A stretch of DNA of 64,000 bases from an uncultured Spirochaetaceae bacterium (lineage in GTDB: Bacteria; Spirochaetota; Spirochaetia; SZUA-6; DRHE01). Below the pieces are notes generated by a model, which saw only the letters and a program-made list of their open reading frames with translations, did no database searches and had not been told where the DNA came from. The translations under genes were made by a program, and so were the position numbers. Shown in pieces: positions 1-9,184 of this stretch. Where the stretch lies: the NCBI GenBank assembly GCA_964588355.1, contig CAZPPB010000001.1:20695-84694 (forward strand). The letters run 5' to 3'. How positions within the stretch are numbered: position 1 is the first letter of the stretch; each line of letters begins with the position of its first letter.

Positions 1-2
1 AA

Positions 3-617
3 GTGCGGATCAAAAAGAGGATTCCCGTGGGTGCGGGTTTGGGCGGTGGGTCCAGCGACGCCGCGGCGGTGCTGACGGGACTCAATGAGAGCTTCGCACT
101 CCCCCTGAACCCGGGACAGCTGAACGAGTTGGCCTCCGCGCTGGGAAGCGACGTTTCGTTTTTCCTGAACGGCCCTGCCGCTCTGATGTCCGGTCGGGGT
201 GAAACGATTCAGAGGCTTGCGCCCAGGGGGGATCTGGTCCTGGTCCTCGTATACCCGGGTTTCCCGATTTCTACCGCTGAGGCCTACCGGTGGTTCGATG
301 AGGACAAACAGTCTGATCGGCGAATCTCGAGCTGCGAAGATCTGAAGTTTCAATTCGAAGAGAAAGCCCCGGATTCCTGGACTTTTTTCAACTCCTTTCA
401 ATCGACGATCGCGAGCCGCTATCCCCTCATCGGAGATATCAAAAAGGAACTGGCAGAATCTGGAGCGGAACTGGCCACCTTGTCCGGCAGCGGTTCCTCC
501 GTGATCGGTGTATACACGGATCACCGAGCGGCAAGAAACGGGTACCGGCGCATGTGGGGACGCTATCCCGGTGTGTGGCTGCTCGTACCCTTGCAAAGTG
601 GGGGTTCGGCGGATTAA
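3..617 (+). CDS. ispE: 4-diphosphocytidyl-2-C-methyl-D-erythritol kinase, 5'-truncated by window edge
   Basis: GHMP kinase glycine-rich motif PVGAGLGGGSSDAAAV. The ORF runs in from the window start. C-terminal part of IspE-like sequence. Confidence 0.8.
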   Translation: MRIKKRIPVGAGLGGGSSDAAAVLTGLNESFALPLNPGQLNELASALGSDVSFFLNGPAALMSGRGETIQRLAPRGDLVLVLVYPGFPISTAEAYRWFDEDKQSDRRISSCEDLKFQFEEKAPDSWTFFNSFQSTIASRYPLIGDIKKELAESGAELATLSGSGSSVIGVYTDHRAARNGYRRMWGRYPGVWLLVPLQSGGSAD

Positions 618-659
618 AATGAAGGTGCCCGCGGGGTAAAGGAGGTCGGGAGGTGCACC

Positions 660-986
660 ATGGATATTACGGACATTCGGATCAAGAAAGTTAGCACCGG
701 GGGTAAGCTCAAGGCGTACGTTACAGTCACCTTTGACGACTGCTTTGTGGTACATAACCTGAAGATAATATCTGGTAAAGCGGGAACCTTCATCGCGATG
801 CCAAGTCGCAAAACCAAAACGGGAGAGTACAAGGACATCGCTCATCCCATCAATTCGGAGTTTCGCCACCGGATTCAGAGTGAAATCATCGACGAGTACG
901 AAAAAGTCCGGGACGAGTTCGAGGATGCGGAGCGGACGGAGCATTCGGAACCTGATGAGTTAGAAGCCGAACAAGAGCAGGGTTGA
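660..986 (+). CDS. spoVG: Septation/nucleic-acid-binding protein SpoVG
   Basis: [10 protein letters not shown]...[33 protein letters not shown] is the canonical SpoVG fold sequence. Strong RBS AAAGGAGG upstream of the ATG. Confidence 0.9.
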   Translation: MDITDIRIKKVSTGGKLKAYVTVTFDDCFVVHNLKIISGKAGTFIAMPSRKTKTGEYKDIAHPINSEFRHRIQSEIIDEYEKVRDEFEDAERTEHSEPDELEAEQEQG

Positions 987-1052
987 GGCAATCCGGTTCG
1001 CTGTCAATAGACGGCAGGTGGACTCCAAGTTACTTAAATACTCAGCAACCAG

Positions 1053-1124
1053 TGGGACGTAGGCAAGCGGTAAGCCACCGGTTTTTGGTACCGGCATACG
1101 CAGGTTCGAATCCTGCCGTCCCAG
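1053..1124 (+). tRNA. tRNA-Gln (anticodon TTG)
   Basis: Hand-folded cloverleaf. Acceptor TGGGACG/CGTCCCA with the U1:A72 pair typical of bacterial tRNA-Gln. Anticodon stem CCGGT/ACCGG with loop TTTTGGT (anticodon TTG). T-arm GCAGG-TTCGAAT-CCTGC. Discriminator G. Confidence 0.75.
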
Positions 1125-1156
1125 AAAAGAAGAATGTCGGAAGGAGAGAGATATAT

Positions 1157-1804
1157 ATGGAACAGAAAACACTGACAGCCGATTCGCGCAAAGTTTTCGG
1201 AAGCGCCGATTCCCGCCGCCACAGGCGAAACGGAAAGATCCCGGCCGTGGTCTACGGGCATGGGGAGCCCAAAGGATTACTCATAGATGCCCACGAATTC
1301 AACACGAAGTTTATTACTGTCTCCGAGAGTACGATTATTAATCTCCAGATAGACGGAGACAGCCACGATGTGTTGATCAGAGACTACCAGGAGGACACGA
1401 TTTCCGGGGCCATAACCCACGTGGATTTCTATGAGATCGAGCGCGGGAAAGTCCTGCGGACGAACGTCGGCCTTCACCTCAACGGTGCGGCCGTCGGGAT
1501 CCGCGAGGGGGGCATCCTGGAGAGTTTTGTGCACGAACTGGAGGTCGAATGCCTTCCCAAGGATCTGCCTGAGTCGATCGAGGTCGACATTACCAATCTG
1601 GAGATCGGGCACTCGATCCACATCCGTGACATCAAGGCTCCTTCGGGAGTGGAGATCCTGAACTCCCAGGAACAGGTCGTCTGCACGGTCGCCCACAAAC
1701 GCGCCGAGGTCGAAGAGGTTGCCGAAGAACTTGCGGAGGAGGAAGCTGCTCGAGAGGCTGAAGAAGCCGAAGAAGAAGCTGCAGAGGAGCAGGACGAGGA
1801 GTAA
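1157..1804 (+). CDS. rplY: 50S ribosomal protein L25, general stress protein Ctc form, with acidic Glu/Ala-rich C-terminal tail
   Basis: MEQKTL..RKVFGSADSRRHRRNGKIPAVVYGHG matches the L25/Ctc N-terminus. Internal ATG at 1157 preceded by AGGAGAG. The upstream part of the long ORF overlaps the tRNA and is not coding. Confidence 0.85.
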   Translation: MEQKTLTADSRKVFGSADSRRHRRNGKIPAVVYGHGEPKGLLIDAHEFNTKFITVSESTIINLQIDGDSHDVLIRDYQEDTISGAITHVDFYEIERGKVLRTNVGLHLNGAAVGIREGGILESFVHELEVECLPKDLPESIEVDITNLEIGHSIHIRDIKAPSGVEILNSQEQVVCTVAHKRAEVEEVAEELAEEEAAREAEEAEEEAAEEQDEE

Positions 1805-1827
1805 GGCTGAATCTCACCGTTATCGGA

Positions 1828-2388
1828 TTGGGGAATCCCGGAGAAAGGTACAGCGCCACCCGCCACAACGTGGGCTTCAGGGCCGTGGATCTTCTGGCCG
1901 CACGATACCGGCGGGCTTTCAAGAAACCTTTTCTTAAAAGTTACAGCATCGCCCGGGTGGATCTGGAAGCCGGCCGCTTGTTTCTGGTAAAACCCCTTAC
2001 CTACATGAACAACTCGGGATCCATTTTCCCGGATGTGCTCATCCGTACCGGAGCCGACCTCCAGTCGCTCCTGGTGGTATGCGACACAATGGATCTTCCG
2101 GTCGGACAGTGCCGCTTCAAGCGCAAGGGCTCAGGCGCCGGGCAGAAGGGCCTGGCCTCGATCATCCGCCGGCTGGGCCGCGAGGATTTTCCCAGACTCT
2201 ACATTGGGATCGGGCGCCCGAATCGCCGCAGCCACGTCGTTGAGTACGTACTGTCCGAACCCAAGGGCAAAGAAGCCGATGCCTTGGAGGAGGCGATTCA
2301 CTATGCTGCGGACGGGGTGAGCCGGTTCCTGGAGGAGGGGCTGGAGAAGGTGATGAATGTCTTCAACAGAAGATCAGCGGACGGTTGA
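1828..2388 (+). CDS. pth: Peptidyl-tRNA hydrolase
   Basis: GLGNPGERYSATRHNVGF...YMNNSGS matches Pth motifs. A non-ATG start (TTG at 1828, or CTG at 1807) is implied by the in-frame LNLTVIGLGNPG. Confidence 0.85.
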   Translation: MGNPGERYSATRHNVGFRAVDLLAARYRRAFKKPFLKSYSIARVDLEAGRLFLVKPLTYMNNSGSIFPDVLIRTGADLQSLLVVCDTMDLPVGQCRFKRKGSGAGQKGLASIIRRLGREDFPRLYIGIGRPNRRSHVVEYVLSEPKGKEADALEEAIHYAADGVSRFLEEGLEKVMNVFNRRSADG

Positions 2389-3730
2389 GGAGAAGGTCTT
2401 ACGATATCTGCGGCGATACGGGATTGCCCCCGGTTCGGCGGTCCTGGTTGCCCTCTCCGGAGGTCCGGACTCCCTCTGCCTGCTAAGCGTACTTCGCCGT
2501 CTGCGGAATGACTATCCGCTGCCCTTGAGCGCCGCCTATCTGGATCACGGCATTCGCACCGAAGCGCAGAGGGAGGGGGAGTTGGCGTTCGTGCGTAAAA
2601 GCTGCCTCGACATGGGTATCGACCTCAGCTGGGAGAGGCTCAGCCCGGGGGTTCTGGTAGAGCAGGCTTCAGCCACGGGCGGCAGCCTGGAGGAGGTGGC
2701 CCGTCGGAGCCGATACGGGTTCTTGCGGAAAGCAGCGGCGCGCACAGGCTGCGATTATATCGCCGTTGGCCACACAGCGGACGATCAGGTCGAGACCGTG
2801 GTGATGCGTTTCTTCCAGGGCGCCGGCTTGGGCGGACTGCCGGGTATTCCGCCCATCCGCAAGGATCTGATCCGCCCCCTGATCGACTGCACCCGCGCCC
2901 AGATCCTGGACTACCTGTCCAGCCGCGCCCTGGCCTTCCTGACGGACTCTTCCAATCTGGACAGACAATATTTGCGCAACGCGGTTCGCTGGGAGCTGCT
3001 GCCGGCCGCCGAGCGGATCTTTCCGGGATTCCGGGGCAGTGTGCTTTCACTGTCCGGAAAGCTCGCAGAATTGAGGGAGTACGTCTGCTCCGAGAGTCGA
3101 CGGCGTCTTGACTGGAAAAAGGTGAAGGCGGGCTACGGCATCTCCGGCGCGGAGTTCCTGGCGGCCCCTGGTCTGCTGCGGCTGGCCTCCGTCACCGGGC
3201 TGCTCAACACCCTGGCCGGGGACAGCAAACGGGTTCCTTACAGGTTCCTCTCTCAGGTCGAAGATGACAGGATGCTTCGTTCGCGGCGGACCGTGCTCCG
3301 CGGATACGGAGTCCGCCTTTTCTGGCGCTCGGATCAGCTGATCTTAGCTGCGGATGTTGTCGGACATACCGAAAAAGGTTATTTTATAGAAGAAAGTGAG
3401 ACCGGCAGGGTTTTTGTTCCCGAAGCCGGTTTGTTTTTTGAGTTTGGTTCCCTGGTCCGGGGCACCGACCGTTTCCTGTTTCGTTCCGCCAGGACCGGGG
3501 ATAGAATCAATCTCCAGGGTGCGAGCAAAACGGTCAAACAGTTATTCGCCCAGTGGCAGGTAGCGAGATCGGAGAGCTGGAAAATTCCGATCGCGGAAAC
3601 GACGGCCGGAGTCATCGCGGTTCTCGGCGGTCTTTTCGGGTACAAGGACCTTTTTCGCTCCGGCTTGCCTGACAAGCAGGGAAAAGAGCTAAAGAGTATG
3701 GTTCACAGATACGATGTGGAGGTAGAGTGA
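2357..3730 (+). CDS. tilS: tRNA(Ile)-lysidine synthetase
   Basis: PP-loop SGGPDS motif in LVALSGGPDSLCLL, with the TilS C-terminal domain. Conserved tilS-ftsH adjacency. The stop overlaps the ftsH GTG start (GTGA). Confidence 0.85.
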   Translation: MSSTEDQRTVEEKVLRYLRRYGIAPGSAVLVALSGGPDSLCLLSVLRRLRNDYPLPLSAAYLDHGIRTEAQREGELAFVRKSCLDMGIDLSWERLSPGVLVEQASATGGSLEEVARRSRYGFLRKAAARTGCDYIAVGHTADDQVETVVMRFFQGAGLGGLPGIPPIRKDLIRPLIDCTRAQILDYLSSRALAFLTDSSNLDRQYLRNAVRWELLPAAERIFPGFRGSVLSLSGKLAELREYVCSESRRRLDWKKVKAGYGISGAEFLAAPGLLRLASVTGLLNTLAGDSKRVPYRFLSQVEDDRMLRSRRTVLRGYGVRLFWRSDQLILAADVVGHTEKGYFIEESETGRVFVPEAGLFFEFGSLVRGTDRFLFRSARTGDRINLQGASKTVKQLFAQWQVARSESWKIPIAETTAGVIAVLGGLFGYKDLFRSGLPDKQGKELKSMVHRYDVEVE

Positions 3731-5598
3731 ACGGCGACAAGAAGGACAAAAAGGGAGGGCCCGAGGGAGGTCCGCCCCAATTTCAATTCAACAACCGAAT
3801 TGCCCTGATATCCCTGCTGGTTCTCGTTGTGATACTAATCCTGTTCTTCGTTTACAATGACCGGGGGGCCAGCCAGGAGATCCCCTACTCGGTATTTATG
3901 AGTTATGTAGAGCAGGGAGAGGTCCAATCCGTCAACATCGTCGGAGAAAGTGAAGTTCAATTCACCCTGCGGAATCAATCCGGGCCGATGAACAGCTTCC
4001 GGACCACGATTCCCTATCCCGACGCCACCCTGATGGACGATCTGCTGGAGAAGAACATCCGGGTAACGGGGGGACCGAAGACCGTATCGCCTTTCAGGAT
4101 GTTGATCGAGTTCCTGCCCTGGATTCTCATGATCGTGTTCATCTGGTTCATATTCCGGCAGGTTCAGGGCAGCGGCAACCGGGCCTTCAACTTCGGCAAG
4201 AGCCGGGCCAAACAGTACCTCGATACCGGGAAAAAGACCACCTTCAACGACGTGGCCGGACAGGAGGAGGCCAAGTACGAGCTGCAGGAAGTCGTGGAGT
4301 TTTTGAAGAGCCCGCAGAAATTCGCCAAGCTCGGCGCCAAGATCCCCAAAGGGGTGCTCCTGATCGGACTGCCCGGAACCGGCAAGACCCTGATGGCCAA
4401 GGCCATCGCCGGAGAGGCGGATGTATCCTTCTTCCACATGTCAGGTTCCGATTTCGTGGAAATGTTCGTCGGCGTGGGGGCCAGCCGTGTTCGGGATCTG
4501 TTCGAGCAGGGCAGAAAGAATGCTCCGTGCATCCTGTTCATCGACGAGCTGGACGCCGTGGGCCGGGTCCGCGGCGCGGGCTACGGTGGCGGACATGACG
4601 AGCGCGAGCAGACTCTGAACCAGATGCTGGTGGAGATGGACGGTTTCGACACCAAGGACGGCGTGATCATAGTGGCGGCGACCAACCGCCCGGATGTTCT
4701 GGATCCGGCGCTGCTCAGACCCGGCCGCTTCGACAGGCAGGTGGTGATCGACATGCCCGATACGAGGGAGCGGGAAAAGATCCTGAAGATCCACTGCCGC
4801 AACATTCCCCTGGACAAGGACGTGGATCTGAACCGGGTCGCCCGGGCCACCCCGGGATCCTCGGGGGCGGATCTGGCCAATCTGGTCAATGAGGCGGCCC
4901 TGTACGGAGCTCGGCGCAACAAGCTGAAGGTCAACATGGAGGATTTCGAGGACGCCCGGGACAAGACCATGATGGGAGTGGCCCGAAAATCCAAGGTTGT
5001 CCCTCCCAAAGAGAGACGAATGACCGCCTATCACGAGACCGGCCATGCCCTGCTGCACTATTATCTGAAGAACGCCGACCCTCTGCACAAGGTTACCATC
5101 GTACCCCACGGGCAAGCCCTGGGTGTGGCCTTCTCCCTGCCGGAGACCGACTCATACTCCCACAGCGAGGGCTGGCTTCACGATCGGATCACCATTACTA
5201 TGGGCGGCTACGCCGCCGAGGAGATCATCTTCCAGGAAAACACCACGGGAGCGCAGGGTGACATCGAATACGCCACCGAGACCGCCCGCCGCATGGTATG
5301 CGAGTGGGGCATGTCGAAGTCCCTCGGCCCGATCGCCTTCGGGCAGAAAGAGGAGCCGATTTTCCTGGGCAAGGAAATAGCCCGTCACAGAGACTACTCG
5401 GATGAGACCGCGCAAAAGATCGACAAAGAGGTACGATATATCGTGGAATCCGCGCTGAAGAAGGCCAAGGATCTGCTGACCGAGCACAAGGACCATCTGG
5501 AGCTCCTGGCTGCCACGCTGATGGAGAAAGAGACTCTGGACGACGCCCAAGTCCGGGAACTTCTGGGACTGCCGGCCAGAGAGAAGATGCAAGAGTAG
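3727..5598 (+). CDS. ftsH: ATP-dependent zinc metalloprotease FtsH
   Basis: Two N-terminal TM segments. Walker [12 protein letters not shown] region, Zn-binding HETGHAL motif. Confidence 0.95.
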   Translation: MNGDKKDKKGGPEGGPPQFQFNNRIALISLLVLVVILILFFVYNDRGASQEIPYSVFMSYVEQGEVQSVNIVGESEVQFTLRNQSGPMNSFRTTIPYPDATLMDDLLEKNIRVTGGPKTVSPFRMLIEFLPWILMIVFIWFIFRQVQGSGNRAFNFGKSRAKQYLDTGKKTTFNDVAGQEEAKYELQEVVEFLKSPQKFAKLGAKIPKGVLLIGLPGTGKTLMAKAIAGEADVSFFHMSGSDFVEMFVGVGASRVRDLFEQGRKNAPCILFIDELDAVGRVRGAGYGGGHDEREQTLNQMLVEMDGFDTKDGVIIVAATNRPDVLDPALLRPGRFDRQVVIDMPDTREREKILKIHCRNIPLDKDVDLNRVARATPGSSGADLANLVNEAALYGARRNKLKVNMEDFEDARDKTMMGVARKSKVVPPKERRMTAYHETGHALLHYYLKNADPLHKVTIVPHGQALGVAFSLPETDSYSHSEGWLHDRITITMGGYAAEEIIFQENTTGAQGDIEYATETARRMVCEWGMSKSLGPIAFGQKEEPIFLGKEIARHRDYSDETAQKIDKEVRYIVESALKKAKDLLTEHKDHLELLAATLMEKETLDDAQVRELLGLPAREKMQE

Positions 5599-5777
5599 AA
5601 ACCGCCGCTTTGGCGGGGTTATCGGGATACAACAAGGGGAATTATGGAACGTAGCCGGAGGACACCGTGGGTCGGAAGTGTGTCCTCGATCTTTTTCTCT
5701 ATCTTACCTCTCTTGGAATCGGGCAGCGCCGCCCAGAAATCACTTGCCGAGTTGCCCGAACTCAGGGGGGAGTCCGG

Positions 5778-7562
5778 ATGAACCGCGCCCTGCTCCTTGC
5801 GGCTTGCCTGGCCGTAACGGCCTGCTCGAGTACGCCGAGCAATTTACCCCCGGAACCGGTGAAAGAGCTTGACAGCGTGCGGCTCGATTCGATCCAGACG
5901 AAGATCGACGACAATCGGCTGGCCGAAGCGTATCAGGATCTCTCGTTTCTGATGCGGGATCGGGAGGACAGCATCCCGAACTCGGAGCTGGAGGAGCTGT
6001 CCGAACAGGTCAGTGGGCGGATCCTGGCCGAATTCGGGCAGCGGATCGAACAGAAAGACTACACCGAAGCTTTCAGGCATTACCTGTCGCTGATGGGGAT
6101 AGGCAAAGCCGAGCTGGTTTCTGATTGGTCCTTCCCGGAGCTTCTGCAGGCGATGGCACTGTCCAAATACGAGGCCGGAGACAAGCCCCTGGCCTTCTAC
6201 TACGCTCAAAGGGCTCTGGCCGCGGGGGCTGAGGGCGAACAGCTGCTCTCACTGCTGCTCGAGCTTTCCCGGGAGCTGGAAAACGCGACTGTGTATGAAA
6301 CGGCTCTTCGGGGGTTTGAACAGCAGGAAATCGAATTGCCCGAGACGGGTGCGGATCCCAAGGTGATTGCGCCATCGGTGGAGCGGATGGTGAGCGGGAC
6401 CGTCACAATCTGGGTGAATCGGGGGATCAAGATAGAGGGGGGGATGGGATTCCCCGATCGGGTCATCGGCAGCGGTTTTTTTATAGATGAGCGGGGCTAC
6501 CTGCTCACCAACTATCACGTCGTGGCCAGCGAGGTGGATCCCGATTATGAGGGATACTCCCGCCTCTTCATCCGCCTCTCCGAACGGGTGGAGGACAGGA
6601 TCCCCGCTCAGGTCGTCGGCTACGACCGGATTTTCGATCTCGCCCTGGTCAAGGCCGAGGTCGATCCCCGGTTCATCTTTTCATATGGCGGAAGTGCGGA
6701 TCTGAAAGTCGGCGGCCGGATTATCGCCATCGGGTCGCCGGCGGGATTGGAGAACACGGTCACCTCGGGGATCGTATCCGCAACCGGACGAAGATTCCTG
6801 CAGATGGGGGACGCCATCCAAGTGGATGTGCCCATCAACTACGGAAACAGCGGCGGACCTCTTCTAGATGAAAGCGGAAAACTCGTCGGGATCGTCTTCG
6901 CCGGAATCGAGCAGTTCGAGGGAGTGAACTTCGCCATTCCTTTCGACTGGGTGGAGAAGATGCTTCCCCGGCTGTACGCGGGTGAGGAGGCGGGACATCC
7001 CTGGTTGGGGGCGGCCGTCCATGAGGTGGGAAAGGGGTTGGAGGTCATCTACACGGTTCCCGATTCCCCGGCGCACAGAGCGGGAATCCGGGAGGGAGAT
7101 ATCATCGAATCCCTGAATGGAAACAGCTACACGGAAATCGGGGACATCCAATCCGCGCTCCTGGACCTGGACTATCCGGTACTGGTCTCGCTGCGCTGGG
7201 AGCGGGATGGTGTATCCATGGAGGGAGCCGTCAGTCTGGCCGAACGGCCCTTCAGCCCTATCGAAGAGAGCCTGCAGAAGGATCTGCGGGAAAATGTGCT
7301 CCTGCCCCTGTTCGGGATGAAGATAGAACGCACCGGCCGTTTCCTCTGGAGAAACAACTACGCGGTGCGCCGGGTCCTGCCGGGTTCCATCGCGGACGAA
7401 ACGGGTCTGTCCAAGGATGATCCTCTGAGCATCCAGGGGTGGGAGCTGGATACGGAGAACCGCTACGCTATCCTGCGGATCCTGGTGCAGAAGAGGAAAT
7501 CCGGCTTCCTGGAGAGCGTCGTCCAGCTGGCGGCCTATTTGGAAACCGACATATTTATCTAA
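5778..7562 (+). CDS. HtrA/DegP-family trypsin-like serine protease lipoprotein with PDZ domain and a long N-terminal extension
   Basis: Lipobox LAACLAVTAC after the internal ATG at 5778 (GGGGGGAG RBS). Catalytic-region motifs TNYHVV and GNSGGPLLDESGKLVGIVFAG. PDZ-like C-terminus. About 200-aa non-protease N-terminal region. Confidence 0.8.
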   Translation: MNRALLLAACLAVTACSSTPSNLPPEPVKELDSVRLDSIQTKIDDNRLAEAYQDLSFLMRDREDSIPNSELEELSEQVSGRILAEFGQRIEQKDYTEAFRHYLSLMGIGKAELVSDWSFPELLQAMALSKYEAGDKPLAFYYAQRALAAGAEGEQLLSLLLELSRELENATVYETALRGFEQQEIELPETGADPKVIAPSVERMVSGTVTIWVNRGIKIEGGMGFPDRVIGSGFFIDERGYLLTNYHVVASEVDPDYEGYSRLFIRLSERVEDRIPAQVVGYDRIFDLALVKAEVDPRFIFSYGGSADLKVGGRIIAIGSPAGLENTVTSGIVSATGRRFLQMGDAIQVDVPINYGNSGGPLLDESGKLVGIVFAGIEQFEGVNFAIPFDWVEKMLPRLYAGEEAGHPWLGAAVHEVGKGLEVIYTVPDSPAHRAGIREGDIIESLNGNSYTEIGDIQSALLDLDYPVLVSLRWERDGVSMEGAVSLAERPFSPIEESLQKDLRENVLLPLFGMKIERTGRFLWRNNYAVRRVLPGSIADETGLSKDDPLSIQGWELDTENRYAILRILVQKRKSGFLESVVQLAAYLETDIFI

Positions 7563-9184
7563 AAACCGAGAGCCTCCCGGGTCCGTTGGAGGCACCGGGA
7601 GAGCACTCTGGCCTGTGCTGCGATTCGGGACAGGTTCGAAGGATTCAGGGCCCCTTCCGGGTGCGCCCCGGGGAGGGAAAGCCTCAGGTACTCCACCGGA
7701 GTCAGATCCTTGGGAAGTACCCGGCCAGTTTCTGCGATCGACCGCACGACCTCGGATAGAAGCCCCTCCTCCTGTTCGCAGAAGCGACGCAACGAATCCG
7801 TTACGGGTCCCGGGCGGGCCCCTGACCCGGATCTCGAAGCCGGATCGGCTTTGCCCGCTGGAGCCGCGGGGAGCTGAGTGCACAGGTCAATCAACTGCGA
7901 AAACTTGTCGATCCGCTCAGCCCCCACGGGCAGTCCTTCCGCCGACAGGTCGAAGCTCCGCGCACTACCCGAATTGACCGTGCGGAGCTGGCGGGCGTAG
8001 GACTGCAGAACCAGATCTGTGAGCACCCTGCCACCCCCCTTGCCCTGCAGCCACAATCGCGGGCGGGCCAGGAGCGTTTTGAAAATGTTCATACCGCACG
8101 GCTGGAGACGATTGCATCTGCGGAGTGCGGACAACTGAGAAGGCGCGCTGCGGGCGTGGGTCTGATTCCTCGGGTAGCTGAAATCCAGACCCGTGAACAG
8201 AACCGCAGCAGTGGTGAGGGACAGAGCCGCTTCCACGGCGGACACGCCCACGGAGCCGCGGGGTGGCAGGGCTGAGGGAAGCAGAGAGTAGGATTCCAGC
8301 CTGTCGAAGAGGGACAGGGGATGAAAGCGGGTAGAGAAGAAGAACAGTTCGGGAAACAGGCGCAGGACCAGCGGGTTCGAGGTCAGATCGCAGAGCAGGA
8401 TGATTCGGGAATCTCTGACGGGGATAAAATCCTGCAGGGTATACAACTGGGCGTCCAGTGTTAATACCCAATCGGGGACCAGGGCGGCTTCGCCCAATAC
8501 CGGCAGGGCCGTATCAACGGCCAGGAGAATAACCTCTTCCCTTATCCTGCGGATCCACTCCAGGCTGCCCTCAAGAGAGGGGCCTGCACCGCAGACGAGA
8601 ATCGGTCTGTTGATGGCCAGATCCGCGATGTCTCCGGCCGCCGGAAGGCGGCGGAGATTGGTGAACAGGTTTTTGAGCCAGAGCTCGGTCATGGCTGCCA
8701 GGGTCAGCTTGTTCTGCCAGAAGAGGCGGATTTCCTCCTCCACGGCCTCGAGAAGCACCCGGTAGGTCCGACGGTGGAGCTGATACCCTCCGCAGAGGTG
8801 AAGGGCCGTAACCCGGCGAAACCTCCAGGGACCCAGCTGCTGCACGATAGCGGCGGCCTGCTCCGGACGAACCGTGCGAACGATCGTGAGGCGGGAGCTT
8901 TTGGGCAGCGGCTGTTCCCGGGTTATCCCCAGCCTAAACAGGAGCTCATCCGCCTCTATGCAGAGAATGTGGCAGGAAGCGGGAAGCCTTTCCAGCAGTT
9001 CGGCCAATCCATAGCCCAACCCCAGAGAGGGGATAAATATCAGAGTACCCGGTTGAAGTTCTATCTTCTCCACCCTGCGGACCGCCGCCCCAATGGGATC
9101 CCTGGGGGAATAGAGGGTTTTGCCCTTGCAGAAAATTGTATAGCCCCGTCCGGTGTCGACCAGACGAGGCTCGGCTTCGGTCAT
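7559..9184 (-). CDS. DUF115 (6-hydroxymethylpterin diphosphokinase MptE-like / motility accessory factor Maf-like) protein
   Basis: Central block PILVCGAGPSLEGSLEWIRRI..ILLAVDTALPVLGEAALVPDWVLTLDAQ matches the DUF115/MptE-like signature. Converges on and overlaps the protease gene end by 4 nt. Confidence 0.6.
   Translation of the reverse strand: MTEAEPRLVDTGRGYTIFCKGKTLYSPRDPIGAAVRRVEKIELQPGTLIFIPSLGLGYGLAELLERLPASCHILCIEADELLFRLGITREQPLPKSSRLTIVRTVRPEQAAAIVQQLGPWRFRRVTALHLCGGYQLHRRTYRVLLEAVEEEIRLFWQNKLTLAAMTELWLKNLFTNLRRLPAAGDIADLAINRPILVCGAGPSLEGSLEWIRRIREEVILLAVDTALPVLGEAALVPDWVLTLDAQLYTLQDFIPVRDSRIILLCDLTSNPLVLRLFPELFFFSTRFHPLSLFDRLESYSLLPSALPPRGSVGVSAVEAALSLTTAAVLFTGLDFSYPRNQTHARSAPSQLSALRRCNRLQPCGMNIFKTLLARPRLWLQGKGGGRVLTDLVLQSYARQLRTVNSGSARSFDLSAEGLPVGAERIDKFSQLIDLCTQLPAAPAGKADPASRSGSGARPGPVTDSLRRFCEQEEGLLSEVVRSIAETGRVLPKDLTPVEYLRLSLPGAHPEGALNPSNLSRIAAQARVLSRCLQRTREALGF

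Noticed and set aside
1277-1696. Long ORFs of 100-860 aa on the strand opposite well-supported genes. Examples: 1277..1696-, 3835..4437-, 4441..5115-, 6864..7883-, 9895..10557+, 11247..12089-, 11833..13002-, 12747..14216-, 16024..16803-, 20245..20733-, 26449..27045-, 30000..30830-, 35468..36445-, 38972..40195-, 44994..46682-, 47726..49861-, 57825..59786+, 60092..61174+.
   Set aside because: They are a high-GC artefact. Their translations are low-complexity and rich in R, G, P and A, with no recognisable motifs. They fully overlap genes that carry clear family signatures, and none has a convincing RBS.
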